Shown piece by piece: positions 19,761 through 29,523 of a stretch of DNA of 64,000 nt. The position numbers and the translations under genes were made by a program. This DNA is from an uncultured Chloroflexia bacterium. Lineage in GTDB: Bacteria > Chloroflexota > Limnocylindria > Limnocylindrales > CSP1-4. The notes under the pieces are model-generated. The model ran no database searches and had not been told where the DNA came from. It saw only the letters and a program-made list of their open reading frames with translations. The stretch's first letter is position 1. Each line of letters starts with the position of its first letter. The DNA lies in assembly GCA_963712745.1 (NCBI GenBank), contig CAVQJC010000011.1, forward strand, positions 160,001 to 224,000. The letters are read 5' to 3'.

Positions 19761-20581
19761 CGGTCAAGCAGTGCGGCCAGGTCGGCGAGCGTGAGGTAGT
19801 CGCCGGGAGTGGCCGCCGAACGGTTCTCGAGGATCTCTGCCCGTGGCCCGCCTGGGTCGCCCAGCGATGTCACCACCAGCGCGGCCTCGCTGAAATCCTC
19901 GTCCTCCGTGTAGCCGTTCACCGTGACCAGGGTCGTCAGGCCCGCTCCGACCGCTGCCAGCAGGCCGTTTCGCGAATCCTCGACCACGATCGCCCCGGCG
20001 GCCCCGATACCGAGCCGCTCGAGCGCCAGCAGGTAGATGTCCGGTGCCGGCTTCTTGCGCGCGACCACGTCGCCGGCGAGGACGAGGAAGTCGGCCGCCA
20101 CATCGCCGCCGGCCGCCGCACGGCCGTCCGCCGCCGCATCGCCGCCGTCCGCCGCGTCAGCGCGGGCAGCGTTCTCCAGGATGGCCCGCACGGAGGCCTC
20201 GGCAGAGGTCGAGCACACCGCCAGCCCCCAGCCCGCCGCTCGTGCCTCCTCGACGATGCGCCTGATGCCGGGCCGGGGCGGGAGTCGTCCGGCCTTCGCC
20301 ATCTCGACGTACAGCTCGGTCTTGCGCTTGTGCCATCTGGCGATCTCGGCGGCCTGACCCTCGGGCTCGCCCGGGAGGCCGGCCAGGGCCACGAACTCCG
20401 GTGTGAGCAGCGAGGCCATGCGCTCCTTACCGCCACCGATCCTGAGCGCCCGGCCGTAGTCCTCCTCGGTCCAGCGCACCGGCAGCCCGAACTCCGCGAA
20501 CGTCTGGTTGAAGGCCGGCAGGTGACCATCGCGCTCGGTGTCAGCGAGGACCCCGTCGCAATCGAAGATGAGTGCGGTCAC
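19757..20581 (-). CDS. HAD-family phosphatase, CbbY-like
   Basis: FDCDGVLADTERDGH, GGGKER, KKPAPDIY, VEDSRNG. Confidence 0.9.
   Translation of the reverse strand: MTALIFDCDGVLADTERDGHLPAFNQTFAEFGLPVRWTEEDYGRALRIGGGKERMASLLTPEFVALAGLPGEPEGQAAEIARWHKRKTELYVEMAKAGRLPPRPGIRRIVEEARAAGWGLAVCSTSAEASVRAILENAARADAADGGDAAADGRAAAGGDVAADFLVLAGDVVARKKPAPDIYLLALERLGIGAAGAIVVEDSRNGLLAAVGAGLTTLVTVNGYTEDEDFSEAALVVTSLGDPGGPRAEILENRSAATPGDYLTLADLAALLDR
20090..20161. repeat. Imperfect 18-bp tandem repeat (3-4 units) inside HAD gene
   Basis: gtcggccgccacatcgcc / gccggccgccgcacggcc / gtccgccgccgcatcgcc / gccgtccgccgcgtcagc; encodes an Ala/Asp/Gly-rich insert. Confidence 0.6.
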
Positions 20582-21429
20582 GCGCGGCCCTCGGCCCCGA
20601 ACATGCGGATGTGCTCCGTGGCCATGGCCATGACCGCCTCGCGCACGTGCCCGAACAGCTTCGGCGGGTCGGCGGCCTCGGGGTGCCCGGCCAGGTACTC
20701 GCGGTTCGCCTCCACGTAGGCGATCTTCAAGGCGGTCGAGACGTTGACCTTGGCGCAGCCGCGGGCGATGAGGTCGCGGAACTGGTCCGCCGATAGCCCA
20801 GTCCCACCGTGAAGCGCCATGGGGATACCGGTGGCCGCCACCAGGTCGCTGATGCGCTCATGGTCAAGCTGGGGGCGGGCCTTGTACATGCCGTGGGCGT
20901 TGCCGATTGCCGGAGCAAAGATGTCGACCCCGGTGCGCTCGATGAAGGCGACAGCGACCTCCAGCGTCTGGATCGGCCCCGCCTCGTCGGAGCCGATGCC
21001 GTCCTCGACACCTCGGATACCCTCGATCTCGCCCTCCACCGCCGCGCCGTATCGCCGCGCCTCGGCCACGACCTCCAGACACTGGCGCTCGTTCTCCTCC
21101 ACCGACAGCTCGTGAGCATCGAAGAGGACCGAGTCCCAGCCCGCCGCCAGGCAGGCACTGATGACCTCACGGTCGGGGCAGTGGTCGAGGTGCAGCGCCA
21201 CGGGCACGGTGATAGCGGCGATCATCGCGTCCCACATGCCCTTGAGCACCTCGAGTCCCATCGAGTGCACCGTCTTGACCGAGGTCTGGACGATCAGGGG
21301 TGCTCGCGCCTGCTCGGCAGCAGCCAGCACGGCCTCCATGGTGAGGTCGTTGACGACGTTGATGGCGGGCACGCCATAGCCACCCTCGAGGGCTCGCCCG
21401 ACGATCTCGATGGTCGCGGTCCTGGGCAT
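20578..21429 (-). CDS. Class II ketose-bisphosphate aldolase (Fba/GatY family)
   Basis: LHLDH, VEGEIE, AIGNAHG, LHGGTG, KVNVST; start could be GTG 21459. Confidence 0.92.
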   Translation of the reverse strand: MPRTATIEIVGRALEGGYGVPAINVVNDLTMEAVLAAAEQARAPLIVQTSVKTVHSMGLEVLKGMWDAMIAAITVPVALHLDHCPDREVISACLAAGWDSVLFDAHELSVEENERQCLEVVAEARRYGAAVEGEIEGIRGVEDGIGSDEAGPIQTLEVAVAFIERTGVDIFAPAIGNAHGMYKARPQLDHERISDLVAATGIPMALHGGTGLSADQFRDLIARGCAKVNVSTALKIAYVEANREYLAGHPEAADPPKLFGHVREAVMAMATEHIRMFGAEGRA

Positions 21430-21492
21430 GGCCAGACCATGATGAACGTCGGTGGCCACAACTGTTGTGCCCGCCGCCGCTCGGCCGTCGAG

Positions 21493-24400
21493 TCAGCCCC
21501 TGGCCGTGCCGTCCCAGTAGCGCTGCGCCAGGGCCCACGCATCCTTGCCGCACAGCGAGCCCATGACCCGGCCGCGCAGGTCGTCGGCGCTGATGTGGAT
21601 GCCGCCGTAGAGGCGGCTGATGCCGGCCTGGTCGGCCGCGTCGTAGTAGGTCGCCCACTGCAGCTCGACATCCTCGTCGGGCCCGCGCTCGAACTGCAGC
21701 GAGCCGGCGGGGACCGTCCAGCTGGACAGGCCGCCGGGGAAGTACTCGGAGCCGGTCATGGCCGCGAGCACCTCGGCCGCGGCGCGGCTGAACGTGGAGT
21801 GGCCGCTGACGTAGCCGGCGAAGGCCGGCGTCACGAAGGTCGCCTTCTGGTAGGGCACCCACTCGACCGCGCGGATCCAGTCCACGCCGCCGATGTCGTG
21901 GACCGCATCGTACGGACCACCGGTCCAGGCGCGGATGGCGATCTCGCCGAGATGGTCGGCGAGGTGGGCGTGGCGCCCGCCGGGGGCCGAGCTGGCCGCG
22001 GTGATGAGCTCGACCTGGCCCGCGACGAGGGGCAGGCCGTGGGGGTGGTACGAGGGCAGCGCCGGGTCGCTCGACTGGCCCAGACCGCCCAGGTAGCGGA
22101 TCATGGCGATGGGCCGGGTGTAGTCGTAGTAGCCCTTGGCACCCCAGGCCGCGACGGCGGCATCGTGGACCGCGCCGTTGAGCGCGAGGTACAGCTTCAC
22201 GTCCCACTCGAGCGGATCGAGCTCGGGACCGTCGCCGCCCAGGCGGCGCTCGAAGCCGGGTGTGTCGGTGACCGCGTTGGCCAGCGTGTTCCAGTGGCCG
22301 GGCGGCGTCTCCGAGTCGGGCCCGTCGGCCCAGAACTCGGCGAGCACGCGACCGAAGTCGGCGCGCGGCACCACCACCGACTCGTACGGCTCGCCGGTGA
22401 CCGGATTGCGCGCGTGGCCGGTGCCGTCGTTGGTGCCGAGGGTGTTGCCACCAAGGGCTCGGGGTGAGATGTCCTGCCTGACCCCGTCGCGCGGATCGAG
22501 CAGGCTGCTGAAGGCGATGACCTCCTCGGCCGCCGCCTTGAACGCCGCCTCGGTCCGGGGATCGCCGAGCAAGGGCGGCGGGCCCGGGTCGATGGGCACA
22601 CCGATGTCCGAGGCGGGCAGGGCGAAGGCGGTGACACGGCCCCAGTGCTGACCCACGAAGTGCTGGGGTCCATCGGGCAGGAGCTGGCCGTTCTGGGCGA
22701 TGGACGTCTTGAGCGCCAACGGCTGCCAGCGATCGGGGTCGACCATGACCGTGCCGGGGAGCGCCACGATCATGGGCTCGTTGACCGGCCGGTAGTCGCG
22801 CTTGGGATAGGTGTAGCCCTGGCGCTCGCGGGCGCCGTCCTCGAGCCCGCGCTCGATGATGCGCGCAGCGATGCGGTTACCGACCGCCGCGGGGGTCTGG
22901 CCCGTCCTGCGCGTGCGCCCCACGGGGTAGCACAGGGCCGCCATCAACCCGTCGAACCGCTGCAGGCTCTCCGCACCGCCGATGGCGTCGCGGTAGCGAT
23001 GCCTGAGCAGGCCGTAGGCGGCGTAGCTGATGGCCCGCTCGCGCGCCGCTCGGGGATCGACACGCGTCTGCTTCTCGGTCACGAAGACACCGTCGGCGGC
23101 CGGGTCGTAGGCGGCCCAGGCATCCCACATCGCAGCCGAGAGGTGATAGAGGTTGCGCGCATGCACGGTGGGCGCTGGGAAGTCGCGGCGGATGGCGTCG
23201 AGCAGGGCCTCGTCCCACAGGCGCGCCACCGACTTGTCGGGATCGGCGGTGCGGGTGCAGGTCGCCGGATCGACCGGTTCGATGGCGGGCAGCTGCGGGG
23301 TCCCAGGTTCCTCCACCGCCGCCGGGGCGCCGGTCAGTTCGGTCGCCGAGGGCAGCACCACAGGATCCCCGCCCCCACGCTCGATGCGGATCCGCTGGTC
23401 GGCGGCGACCGCCATCCAGTCCCCGACCTCGCCGTCGGGCCAGGTCACCCGTACCTCGGCCCGCTGCGCATCGCCCAGGCCGAAGTGGTGGCTGCCGAGC
23501 TGGCCACCGCCGTGCCCACCTCCGACGGTCGCTTCCCGCCGCTGGGTCTGGCCGTTGCTTCTGACCTCGATCCAGGCGCCCACCGCGTCCCGATTGGCGC
23601 CTTCCTGTGCGAGGCTGACGGCGAGCCAGCGACCTATCGGTCGCGGCCGTTCGGCAGTCCCGGAGCCGACGTTGCGCCAGACCTCTACCGGCTCGCCCAG
23701 GTTCACTTCCACGATGTCCAGCAGTCCGTCCAGGTTCAGGTCTGCCACCGCGGCCCCGCGTCCCCGGGCGTAGCCGAGGAGTCCGGACCGCTCGGTGCGC
23801 TCGATGAACACGCCCTCGGCGGAGCCGAGCATCAGGCTGCTGGGGTCTGCCGTAGCGCGGTCGGGCATGGCATCCACGTTGCCCTTGGAGACGAACAGGT
23901 CGACGCGCCCGTCGTTGTTGACGTCCTGGAACTCGGCGTGCCAGGAGGTCGATGGTCGCTCATCGTCTCCAGCGACCGGCCGACCCGACTCCACGCCGCG
24001 CTGCTTGGCGACGTTCTTGAACGCGGGCTGCTCCGGCCCCTGTGCGAGCGTCTCGAGCCGATTGCCGAACATGCTCGTGAGATAGGCCTCTGGGTAGCCG
24101 TCGCCACCAACGTCGTGGCTGGCGATGCCCATGCCCCAGATGTTGACCCGTGCCCAGCCGTCATCCTCGGTGTACAGCGAGGGTGGTCCCTCGTCGTGTA
24201 TCCGCCACAACTGCTCCTGGCCATCTCGCAGGTAGAATTCGCGGTCGTTGGTGACCCGCAGGTCACGACGACCCGAGCGATCCCAGTCGCTGAAGAGCAT
24301 CGAGAGCGTGCACCAGCCAGGCGTGAGGCTTGTCGCCGGCCCGTAGGTCTTCGCTTCGGTCGCAGGTCGGAAGAGCCGGTTGTCCGCGCAGCCGGAGGTA

Positions 24401-25008
24401 AGCGCACCGTTCTCATCGACAGCCTGGTAGTTGCCGAAGGCCAGCGTCGGGAGGATGGCGCCTCCTTCCCAGGTGGCGCTGAAGGCCGTGGTCCAGTCGT
24501 TGCCGGGGTCGAGGCCCAGTGCCTCGCTGCCAGGCTCGAAGCGGCAATCGCCGAGGCCGCGAAGCACCATGTTCTCGCCGCGCCGCAGCACGACGAGGTC
24601 GTCGATCTCATCACTGTCGACATCGAGCGGATAGGCACCCGAGACGCTCACCAGGTCGGTCACCTCGTGGGCCACGCGGCCGAAGCGCAGTGGCCCGCCA
24701 GCCACGCTCTGGTTGCGATACAGCGCAGCCGGGCTGCTGCCACCGGCGATGTACAGGTCGGGCCGGCCGTCGTCGTCGCAGTCGAACACCGCCACCCCAC
24801 CGCCCACGGCGAACTCATAGCCGCCATCGGGAAGCTCCGGTGTGAAGCCGTGGGTGTAGGTGTGCGCCAGGCCTGACGCAGACGTCTCATCGACGTAGTG
24901 CGGGGTCTCGACGTCCGTCGTGGCGGCGATCGCGATCGGAGCAGCGACGATCTGGTTGAATGCGAGGGCGACCACCACGATCGAACTCGTCCATCGGGAG
25001 CGCTTCAT
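21493..25008 (-). CDS. Secreted fusion: FG-GAP/CRTAC1-type propeller + ASPIC/UnbV domain + vanadium-dependent haloperoxidase (PAP2) domain
   Basis: Signal peptide MKRSRW..APIAIA; six DxDxDG-like repeats; UnbV motif HFGLG...VRVTWPDG; PAP2/VHPO motifs KGYYDYTRP, YVSGH, SRLYGGIHISAD; GAGGAG RBS. Confidence 0.85.
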   Translation of the reverse strand: MKRSRWTSSIVVVALAFNQIVAAPIAIAATTDVETPHYVDETSASGLAHTYTHGFTPELPDGGYEFAVGGGVAVFDCDDDGRPDLYIAGGSSPAALYRNQSVAGGPLRFGRVAHEVTDLVSVSGAYPLDVDSDEIDDLVVLRRGENMVLRGLGDCRFEPGSEALGLDPGNDWTTAFSATWEGGAILPTLAFGNYQAVDENGALTSGCADNRLFRPATEAKTYGPATSLTPGWCTLSMLFSDWDRSGRRDLRVTNDREFYLRDGQEQLWRIHDEGPPSLYTEDDGWARVNIWGMGIASHDVGGDGYPEAYLTSMFGNRLETLAQGPEQPAFKNVAKQRGVESGRPVAGDDERPSTSWHAEFQDVNNDGRVDLFVSKGNVDAMPDRATADPSSLMLGSAEGVFIERTERSGLLGYARGRGAAVADLNLDGLLDIVEVNLGEPVEVWRNVGSGTAERPRPIGRWLAVSLAQEGANRDAVGAWIEVRSNGQTQRREATVGGGHGGGQLGSHHFGLGDAQRAEVRVTWPDGEVGDWMAVAADQRIRIERGGGDPVVLPSATELTGAPAAVEEPGTPQLPAIEPVDPATCTRTADPDKSVARLWDEALLDAIRRDFPAPTVHARNLYHLSAAMWDAWAAYDPAADGVFVTEKQTRVDPRAARERAISYAAYGLLRHRYRDAIGGAESLQRFDGLMAALCYPVGRTRRTGQTPAAVGNRIAARIIERGLEDGARERQGYTYPKRDYRPVNEPMIVALPGTVMVDPDRWQPLALKTSIAQNGQLLPDGPQHFVGQHWGRVTAFALPASDIGVPIDPGPPPLLGDPRTEAAFKAAAEEVIAFSSLLDPRDGVRQDISPRALGGNTLGTNDGTGHARNPVTGEPYESVVVPRADFGRVLAEFWADGPDSETPPGHWNTLANAVTDTPGFERRLGGDGPELDPLEWDVKLYLALNGAVHDAAVAAWGAKGYYDYTRPIAMIRYLGGLGQSSDPALPSYHPHGLPLVAGQVELITAASSAPGGRHAHLADHLGEIAIRAWTGGPYDAVHDIGGVDWIRAVEWVPYQKATFVTPAFAGYVSGHSTFSRAAAEVLAAMTGSEYFPGGLSSWTVPAGSLQFERGPDEDVELQWATYYDAADQAGISRLYGGIHISADDLRGRVMGSLCGKDAWALAQRYWDGTARG

Positions 25009-26249
25009 CGGGTCTCCTCGCTGCTCGCTCGCACTGGCAGGCTCCGCACGCACCGGAAGAGGCTCTTCTCATCCTGCCACTGGACGTGATCGGCTGCGAT
25101 CTCGAGGCCCGGCATCCGCGCCAGGATGGAGCGCAGCGCCGTCCTCGCCTCCAGCCTGGCCAGCGGGGCGCCGATGCAGAAGTGCACGCCGCTGCCGAAC
25201 GCGATGTGGCGGTTCGGCTTGCGATCGAGATCGAAGGTATCGGGTCGGTCGAAATGGTCGGGGTCGCGGTTCGCCGCCCCCAGCAGCTGGATGACGATCT
25301 GATCCTTGCCCAGTTCATGGCCCCCGAACGAGGTTCTCTCGCTGACACGCCGGAACGTGCGTTGGATGGGGCTGTCAAATCGAAGGCTCTCCTCGATCGC
25401 GCCGCTGAGACTGTCCACGTCCCGACGCGCCAGCTCGAATCGATCGGGGTTCGCGAGCAGACGGTAGAGGCAGTTGGCGATGAGGCTGGTGGTCGTCTCG
25501 TGGCCGCCGATGAGGAAGGTCACGCAGGTCGAGTAGATCTCGTCGACGGTGAGCTGGTCTCCCGCTTCCTCGACGCTGACGAGCTGGCCGAGCAGGTCGT
25601 CGTGGGGGCGCGCGCGTCGCTCGGCCATGAGTTCGCCGATGTAGGCGCGCATGGCGCTGACCGCCTCAGCCGAGATCGGCACCGCCTCGGGGATAGCCCG
25701 GCCCTGTCCCTGGAAGGCCACGATGCCGTCCGACCAGCCCTTGAACCGATCACGGTCCTCCGGCCGTGCCCCCAGCAACTCGGCGATGACGATGGCGGGC
25801 AGGGGATAGGCCAGGTCGGCGACGACATCGAAGCCGACGGCAGGATCCACTCGGTCGAGCAGCCGGTCGACGATGGCCTGGATGCGTGGCTCCATGGCCG
25901 CGATGACACGCGGCGAGAAGGCTTTCTTGATGAGCCCGCGCATGCGCGTGTGATCGGGTGGGTCGGTATGGATGAGGCCGGAGGTGGAGAAGTGCTCCTG
26001 CAGCGGCCCAGCCTCGGCGCGCGCGTCCTCCGGCAATGCATCGATGAGCTCGACCAGGCGCCCCTTGCTGGAGAAGCGTTCGTGGTCCCGCAGCGTCTCC
26101 ACCACATCGTCGTAGCGGGTGACGACCCATGCACCCCAGGCATCGCTCCAGTACACCGGCTCTTGCTCTGACAGCGCGCGATAGGCCGGATACGGGTCCT
26201 GTGCGAACCCGGGGTCGGCGAGCAGCTCGTCAAGGGCGGGTCGAACCAT
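25005..26249 (-). CDS. Cytochrome P450 (copy 1)
   Basis: DPPDHTRMR, I-helix GGHETT, ESLR, heme motif FGSGVHFCIG. Confidence 0.96.
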   Translation of the reverse strand: MVRPALDELLADPGFAQDPYPAYRALSEQEPVYWSDAWGAWVVTRYDDVVETLRDHERFSSKGRLVELIDALPEDARAEAGPLQEHFSTSGLIHTDPPDHTRMRGLIKKAFSPRVIAAMEPRIQAIVDRLLDRVDPAVGFDVVADLAYPLPAIVIAELLGARPEDRDRFKGWSDGIVAFQGQGRAIPEAVPISAEAVSAMRAYIGELMAERRARPHDDLLGQLVSVEEAGDQLTVDEIYSTCVTFLIGGHETTTSLIANCLYRLLANPDRFELARRDVDSLSGAIEESLRFDSPIQRTFRRVSERTSFGGHELGKDQIVIQLLGAANRDPDHFDRPDTFDLDRKPNRHIAFGSGVHFCIGAPLARLEARTALRSILARMPGLEIAADHVQWQDEKSLFRCVRSLPVRASSEETR

Positions 26250-26300
26250 CGCTGATCGCCTCTGCTGGGGTGCGGCGAGTTCCGCCACACGCTCGGGCGT

Positions 26301-26328
26301 GGACTGTGTGAATGCTAATATACAGTCC
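26301..26328. promoter_or_regulatory. Inverted-repeat operator-like site upstream of P450-1
   Basis: GGACTGTGTGAATGCTAATATACAGTCC: GGACTG/CAGTCC arms, 13/16 match to TGTATGCTAGCATACA, TATATT on the minus strand. Confidence 0.5.
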
Positions 26329-26346
26329 TTCCTGTCATCGACCGAT

Positions 26347-27495
26347 TCAGTCGACGGGGTAGCCGCCCATCTCGAGTGCCGCCTCGAACATGGCCACCAC
26401 GTTCTCAGGCGGCACCTCGGACTGGATGTTGTGGCCGGGGGCCAGGACGTAGCCACCGCCAGGGCCGAGCGTCTCGATGCGGCGCTTGACCTCGTCCTTC
26501 ACATCCTGCGGCGAGCCGAAGGGCAGCACATGCTGCGTGTCGATGGCGCCCCAGAAGACGAGATCGTCGCCGAACTCGGCCTTGAGTGCGGCCGTGTCGC
26601 CCATGCCGTCGGCGGAGACCTGCACCGGGTTCAGCGCCTGCACGCCGATCTCGATGTAGTCGCCGAGCATCTCGTGGATGGCGCCGTCGTTGTGCATCAT
26701 GATCACCGCGTCGGTCTTGGCGCGAACGCACTCGAGGAAGCGCGCGTGGTAGGGCTTGACCAGTTCCCGGTACATCTCCGGCTTCATGTAGGGCCGGTCC
26801 TGGAAGCCCATGTCGTCGGCGAACCAGAAGACATCGATCTCGTCGCCCACCTCGTCGAGTGCGTGCTCGGCGATGGCCGAGATCGTGTCCACGACCTTGG
26901 TCATGATGGCCTCGGCCCGCTCAGGGTCGGCGATGAGGTCCATCAGCCAGGGGGCGAAGCCGCGCAGCCGCTGGCACTCGCGAACGACCCCGTAGTGGAA
27001 GTCGAAGACGATGGCGTAGTCGGTCTCGGCTCGGATCTTGGCTACGCGCTCGGCCATGCCGGGATAGCGTCGTGGGTCGTCCGCGACGGGGTAGCCATCC
27101 CACTCCAGGATCTCCTTGGCAGTGATGTCATCGCGCTCCAGCGGACCGGCCAGTGCCGCCGGCTCACCGTCTCCAGAGCGCATCCAGGTGACGCCCCACT
27201 CGTCGAGGAACGAGCCGTCGTCATTGCGTTCCCAGGCCTCCAAGGAGACCAGGCCGATATCGACGAAATCCGCGCCGACCTGCTGGCGGAAGCGCTCGCC
27301 GGGGACGATGAGGCCGGAGGCGGTGAAGGTGCCCTTGTCGGGCTCCTCTGGGATGCCCCACAGCTGCCGCGCACCGTCGTATGGCTCCTGCCGGATGAGA
27401 CTGGCTCCATGTGAGCCAAGGTCGATGGGGATGCGATCCGGTTCCTTGTGGCTCAACGCCGCGAGCGCTCGCTCTCGAGAGGTCATCGCCCCCAT
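26347..27495 (-). CDS. Uroporphyrinogen decarboxylase/MtaA-like (URO-D-like) family protein, copy 1
   Basis: MTSRER..AL.HKEPDRIP, DEWG, DDMG.Q, HNDG, LNPVQ, FWGAIDTQ, GGGYVLAPGHNIQ; GGAGG RBS. Confidence 0.88.
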   Translation of the reverse strand: MGAMTSRERALAALSHKEPDRIPIDLGSHGASLIRQEPYDGARQLWGIPEEPDKGTFTASGLIVPGERFRQQVGADFVDIGLVSLEAWERNDDGSFLDEWGVTWMRSGDGEPAALAGPLERDDITAKEILEWDGYPVADDPRRYPGMAERVAKIRAETDYAIVFDFHYGVVRECQRLRGFAPWLMDLIADPERAEAIMTKVVDTISAIAEHALDEVGDEIDVFWFADDMGFQDRPYMKPEMYRELVKPYHARFLECVRAKTDAVIMMHNDGAIHEMLGDYIEIGVQALNPVQVSADGMGDTAALKAEFGDDLVFWGAIDTQHVLPFGSPQDVKDEVKRRIETLGPGGGYVLAPGHNIQSEVPPENVVAMFEAALEMGGYPVD

Positions 27496-27560
27496 CGCTT
27501 CACCCTCCATGGATGTCCTACCTGTCGATCCAGCCCTTGCGGTCCCAGTGTATCGTACCG

Positions 27561-27576
27561 AGAATGCGAGCATACA
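27561..27576. promoter_or_regulatory. Operator-like box between divergent UroD-like and SGNH genes
   Basis: AGAATGCGAGCATACA, 13/16 match to TGTATGCTAGCATACA. Confidence 0.5.
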
Positions 27577-27633
27577 CACCGTGGCTCAGGCGGCCCGCTG
27601 GCCGATCTGTCGCAGCCGACCGACCTGTCGCAG

Positions 27634-28305
27634 ATGGCTGACGCCGGTGCTCGCTCGCTTCGGGTATGCGTCGTTGGCGACTCGATCGCCACCGGGACCG
27701 GGGACCAGCGGGCCCTGGGGTGGCATGGGCGCGTCGCGGCCAGGGCCTTCTCGAATGGCGTGGACCTTACGATCTACGACCTCGGCGTGCGTGGTGACAC
27801 GTCGGTGGACGTGGCCGGGCGCTGGCGCGACGAGACGGCCGCGCGGCTGCCACAGCTCTTCCCGAGCGGCATCGTCTTCCAGTACGGGCTCAACGACTGC
27901 ACCATCCGGACCTATGCGGACGGCCGTGCCGAGCGCCGCGTCGAGGTCGAGATGACCCTGGCCACCACGCGGGCACTGCTATCGGAGGCGCTCGGCCTGC
28001 GGCCCACGCTCTTCATCGGGCCGGCGCCGGTCGACGACTCACGCCCGGGACCCCAGTTAGTGCCCGGCATGCACCAGGCCACGGCCAACACCGACATCCG
28101 TGCGCTCGACGGAAAGCTCGATGCTGTGGCTCGCGAGGTCGGCGTCCCCTACCTTTCGGTCTTCGACATGCTCAGCGCCGACGAGCGCTGGTCGCGGGCG
28201 GCGCGCCACGGGGACGGCATCCACCCGACCGACGAGGGATACGACGTGCTGGCAGAGCTGGTCGGGGGCTGGCCGGCGTGGCAGGCGCTGACCCGCGTCG
28301 CATGA
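27634..28305 (+). CDS. SGNH/GDSL hydrolase (esterase)
   Basis: VGDSI, LGVRG, YGLND, DGIHP blocks; start uncertain. Confidence 0.88.
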   Translation: MADAGARSLRVCVVGDSIATGTGDQRALGWHGRVAARAFSNGVDLTIYDLGVRGDTSVDVAGRWRDETAARLPQLFPSGIVFQYGLNDCTIRTYADGRAERRVEVEMTLATTRALLSEALGLRPTLFIGPAPVDDSRPGPQLVPGMHQATANTDIRALDGKLDAVAREVGVPYLSVFDMLSADERWSRAARHGDGIHPTDEGYDVLAELVGGWPAWQALTRVA

Positions 28306-28356
28306 TGCGGGTAGCGCGCGCGTGACCACGAACGTGAGAAGGAGGTCTTCCTGACC

Positions 28357-29460
28357 ATGCAAGTCTCCGCCGCCGTGCTTCGAGCCGTGGACGAACCGCT
28401 CAGCATCGAACGCCTCGAGCTGGCCGAGCTGGGCCCACGCGACGTCCTCGTCCGGATGGGCGCGGCGGGCCTCTGTCACACCGACCTGGAGGTCATGCGC
28501 GGCGCCATCACCATGCCACTGCCCATGGTCCTGGGCCACGAGGGCGCGGGGATCGTGGTCGCAGTTGGGGAGTGGGTCGCGAGCGTCGCTCCCGGGGACC
28601 ATGTCGTCTGCTCCTGGAACCCGGCCTGCGGGCTGTGCTTCTACTGCAGTCGTGGTCAGCCACTCCTGTGCGAGCCGTGCGCGCGGGCCGCGGGCGCGGG
28701 CACACTGCCCGACGGCCGCGCACCGCTCAGCGACGCTGCGGGGCCGGTGAAGCAGTTCATGTTCATGGGCTCACACGCCGACCATGCGCTGATCACGGAG
28801 GCTGCGGCCGTACCTGTTCCGAGCGAGTTGCCCTTCGGCATCGGCGCTGCCATCGGCTGCGGCATCACGACCGGCTTGATCCCGGCGCTACGGTCGCCGG
28901 CAGCGTCCATCCCTGGCTCGGTCGTGGCGGTCGTGGGCTGCGGCATCGTGGGCCTGTCAGTGGTCATCGGCTCCCGGCTGGCGGGCGCGTCGACGATCGT
29001 GGCCGTCGACCGCTCCGCAGTACGCCTCGAGCTGGCCGGCCGCCTGGGTGCGGACATGACCATCGATGTCACCTCCGACGACCCCCTGTCCAGGGTCCAG
29101 GGACTCACCGACGGTCGGGGGGCCGACCACGTCTTCGAGGCTGCCGGCAACGTTGCCGCCATGCGCACCGCCTTCGAGCTGGTGAGGCCCGGGGGCGAGT
29201 TCACGATGCTCGGCAAGATCGCTCTCGATGATGACCTGCCTGTGCGCTTCGGGACCATGATGGGCAACAAGACCATCCGCCGACTTGCCTACGGTGGCGC
29301 GCGTCCCCAGCGGGACTTCCCGGCCATCGCCCGCGCCTACCTGGACGGCCAGCTTCCGCTCGATGTCCTCGTCGACCGTGAGGTCTCGCTGGCAGACATC
29401 GATGAGACCTTCGCCGATGTCGAGCGCGGTGACGTCATTCGTGCCGTGGTGGCGTTCTAG
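28357..29460 (+). CDS. Zinc-binding alcohol dehydrogenase (class III-like)
   Basis: CHTD, GHEG, structural-Zn CGLCFYC..C, IGCG, GCGIVG. Confidence 0.9.
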   Translation: MQVSAAVLRAVDEPLSIERLELAELGPRDVLVRMGAAGLCHTDLEVMRGAITMPLPMVLGHEGAGIVVAVGEWVASVAPGDHVVCSWNPACGLCFYCSRGQPLLCEPCARAAGAGTLPDGRAPLSDAAGPVKQFMFMGSHADHALITEAAAVPVPSELPFGIGAAIGCGITTGLIPALRSPAASIPGSVVAVVGCGIVGLSVVIGSRLAGASTIVAVDRSAVRLELAGRLGADMTIDVTSDDPLSRVQGLTDGRGADHVFEAAGNVAAMRTAFELVRPGGEFTMLGKIALDDDLPVRFGTMMGNKTIRRLAYGGARPQRDFPAIARAYLDGQLPLDVLVDREVSLADIDETFADVERGDVIRAVVAF

Positions 29461-29523
29461 CCACCCAAGGCAGGTCCTATGCCCCGGTGGCCGCGGCGCC
29501 GGTCTGGGGGCCAGGGGGAGCGA

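Noticed and set aside
19757-21429. Calvin-cycle locus suggested by CbbY-like HAD and class II aldolase
   Set aside because: No RuBisCO, phosphoribulokinase or other cbb genes; context is sugar catabolism
21493-26249. Enediyne or other secondary-metabolite cluster suggested by UnbV, P450 and haloperoxidase
   Set aside because: No PKS, NRPS, thioesterase, terpene synthase or precursor peptide in the window
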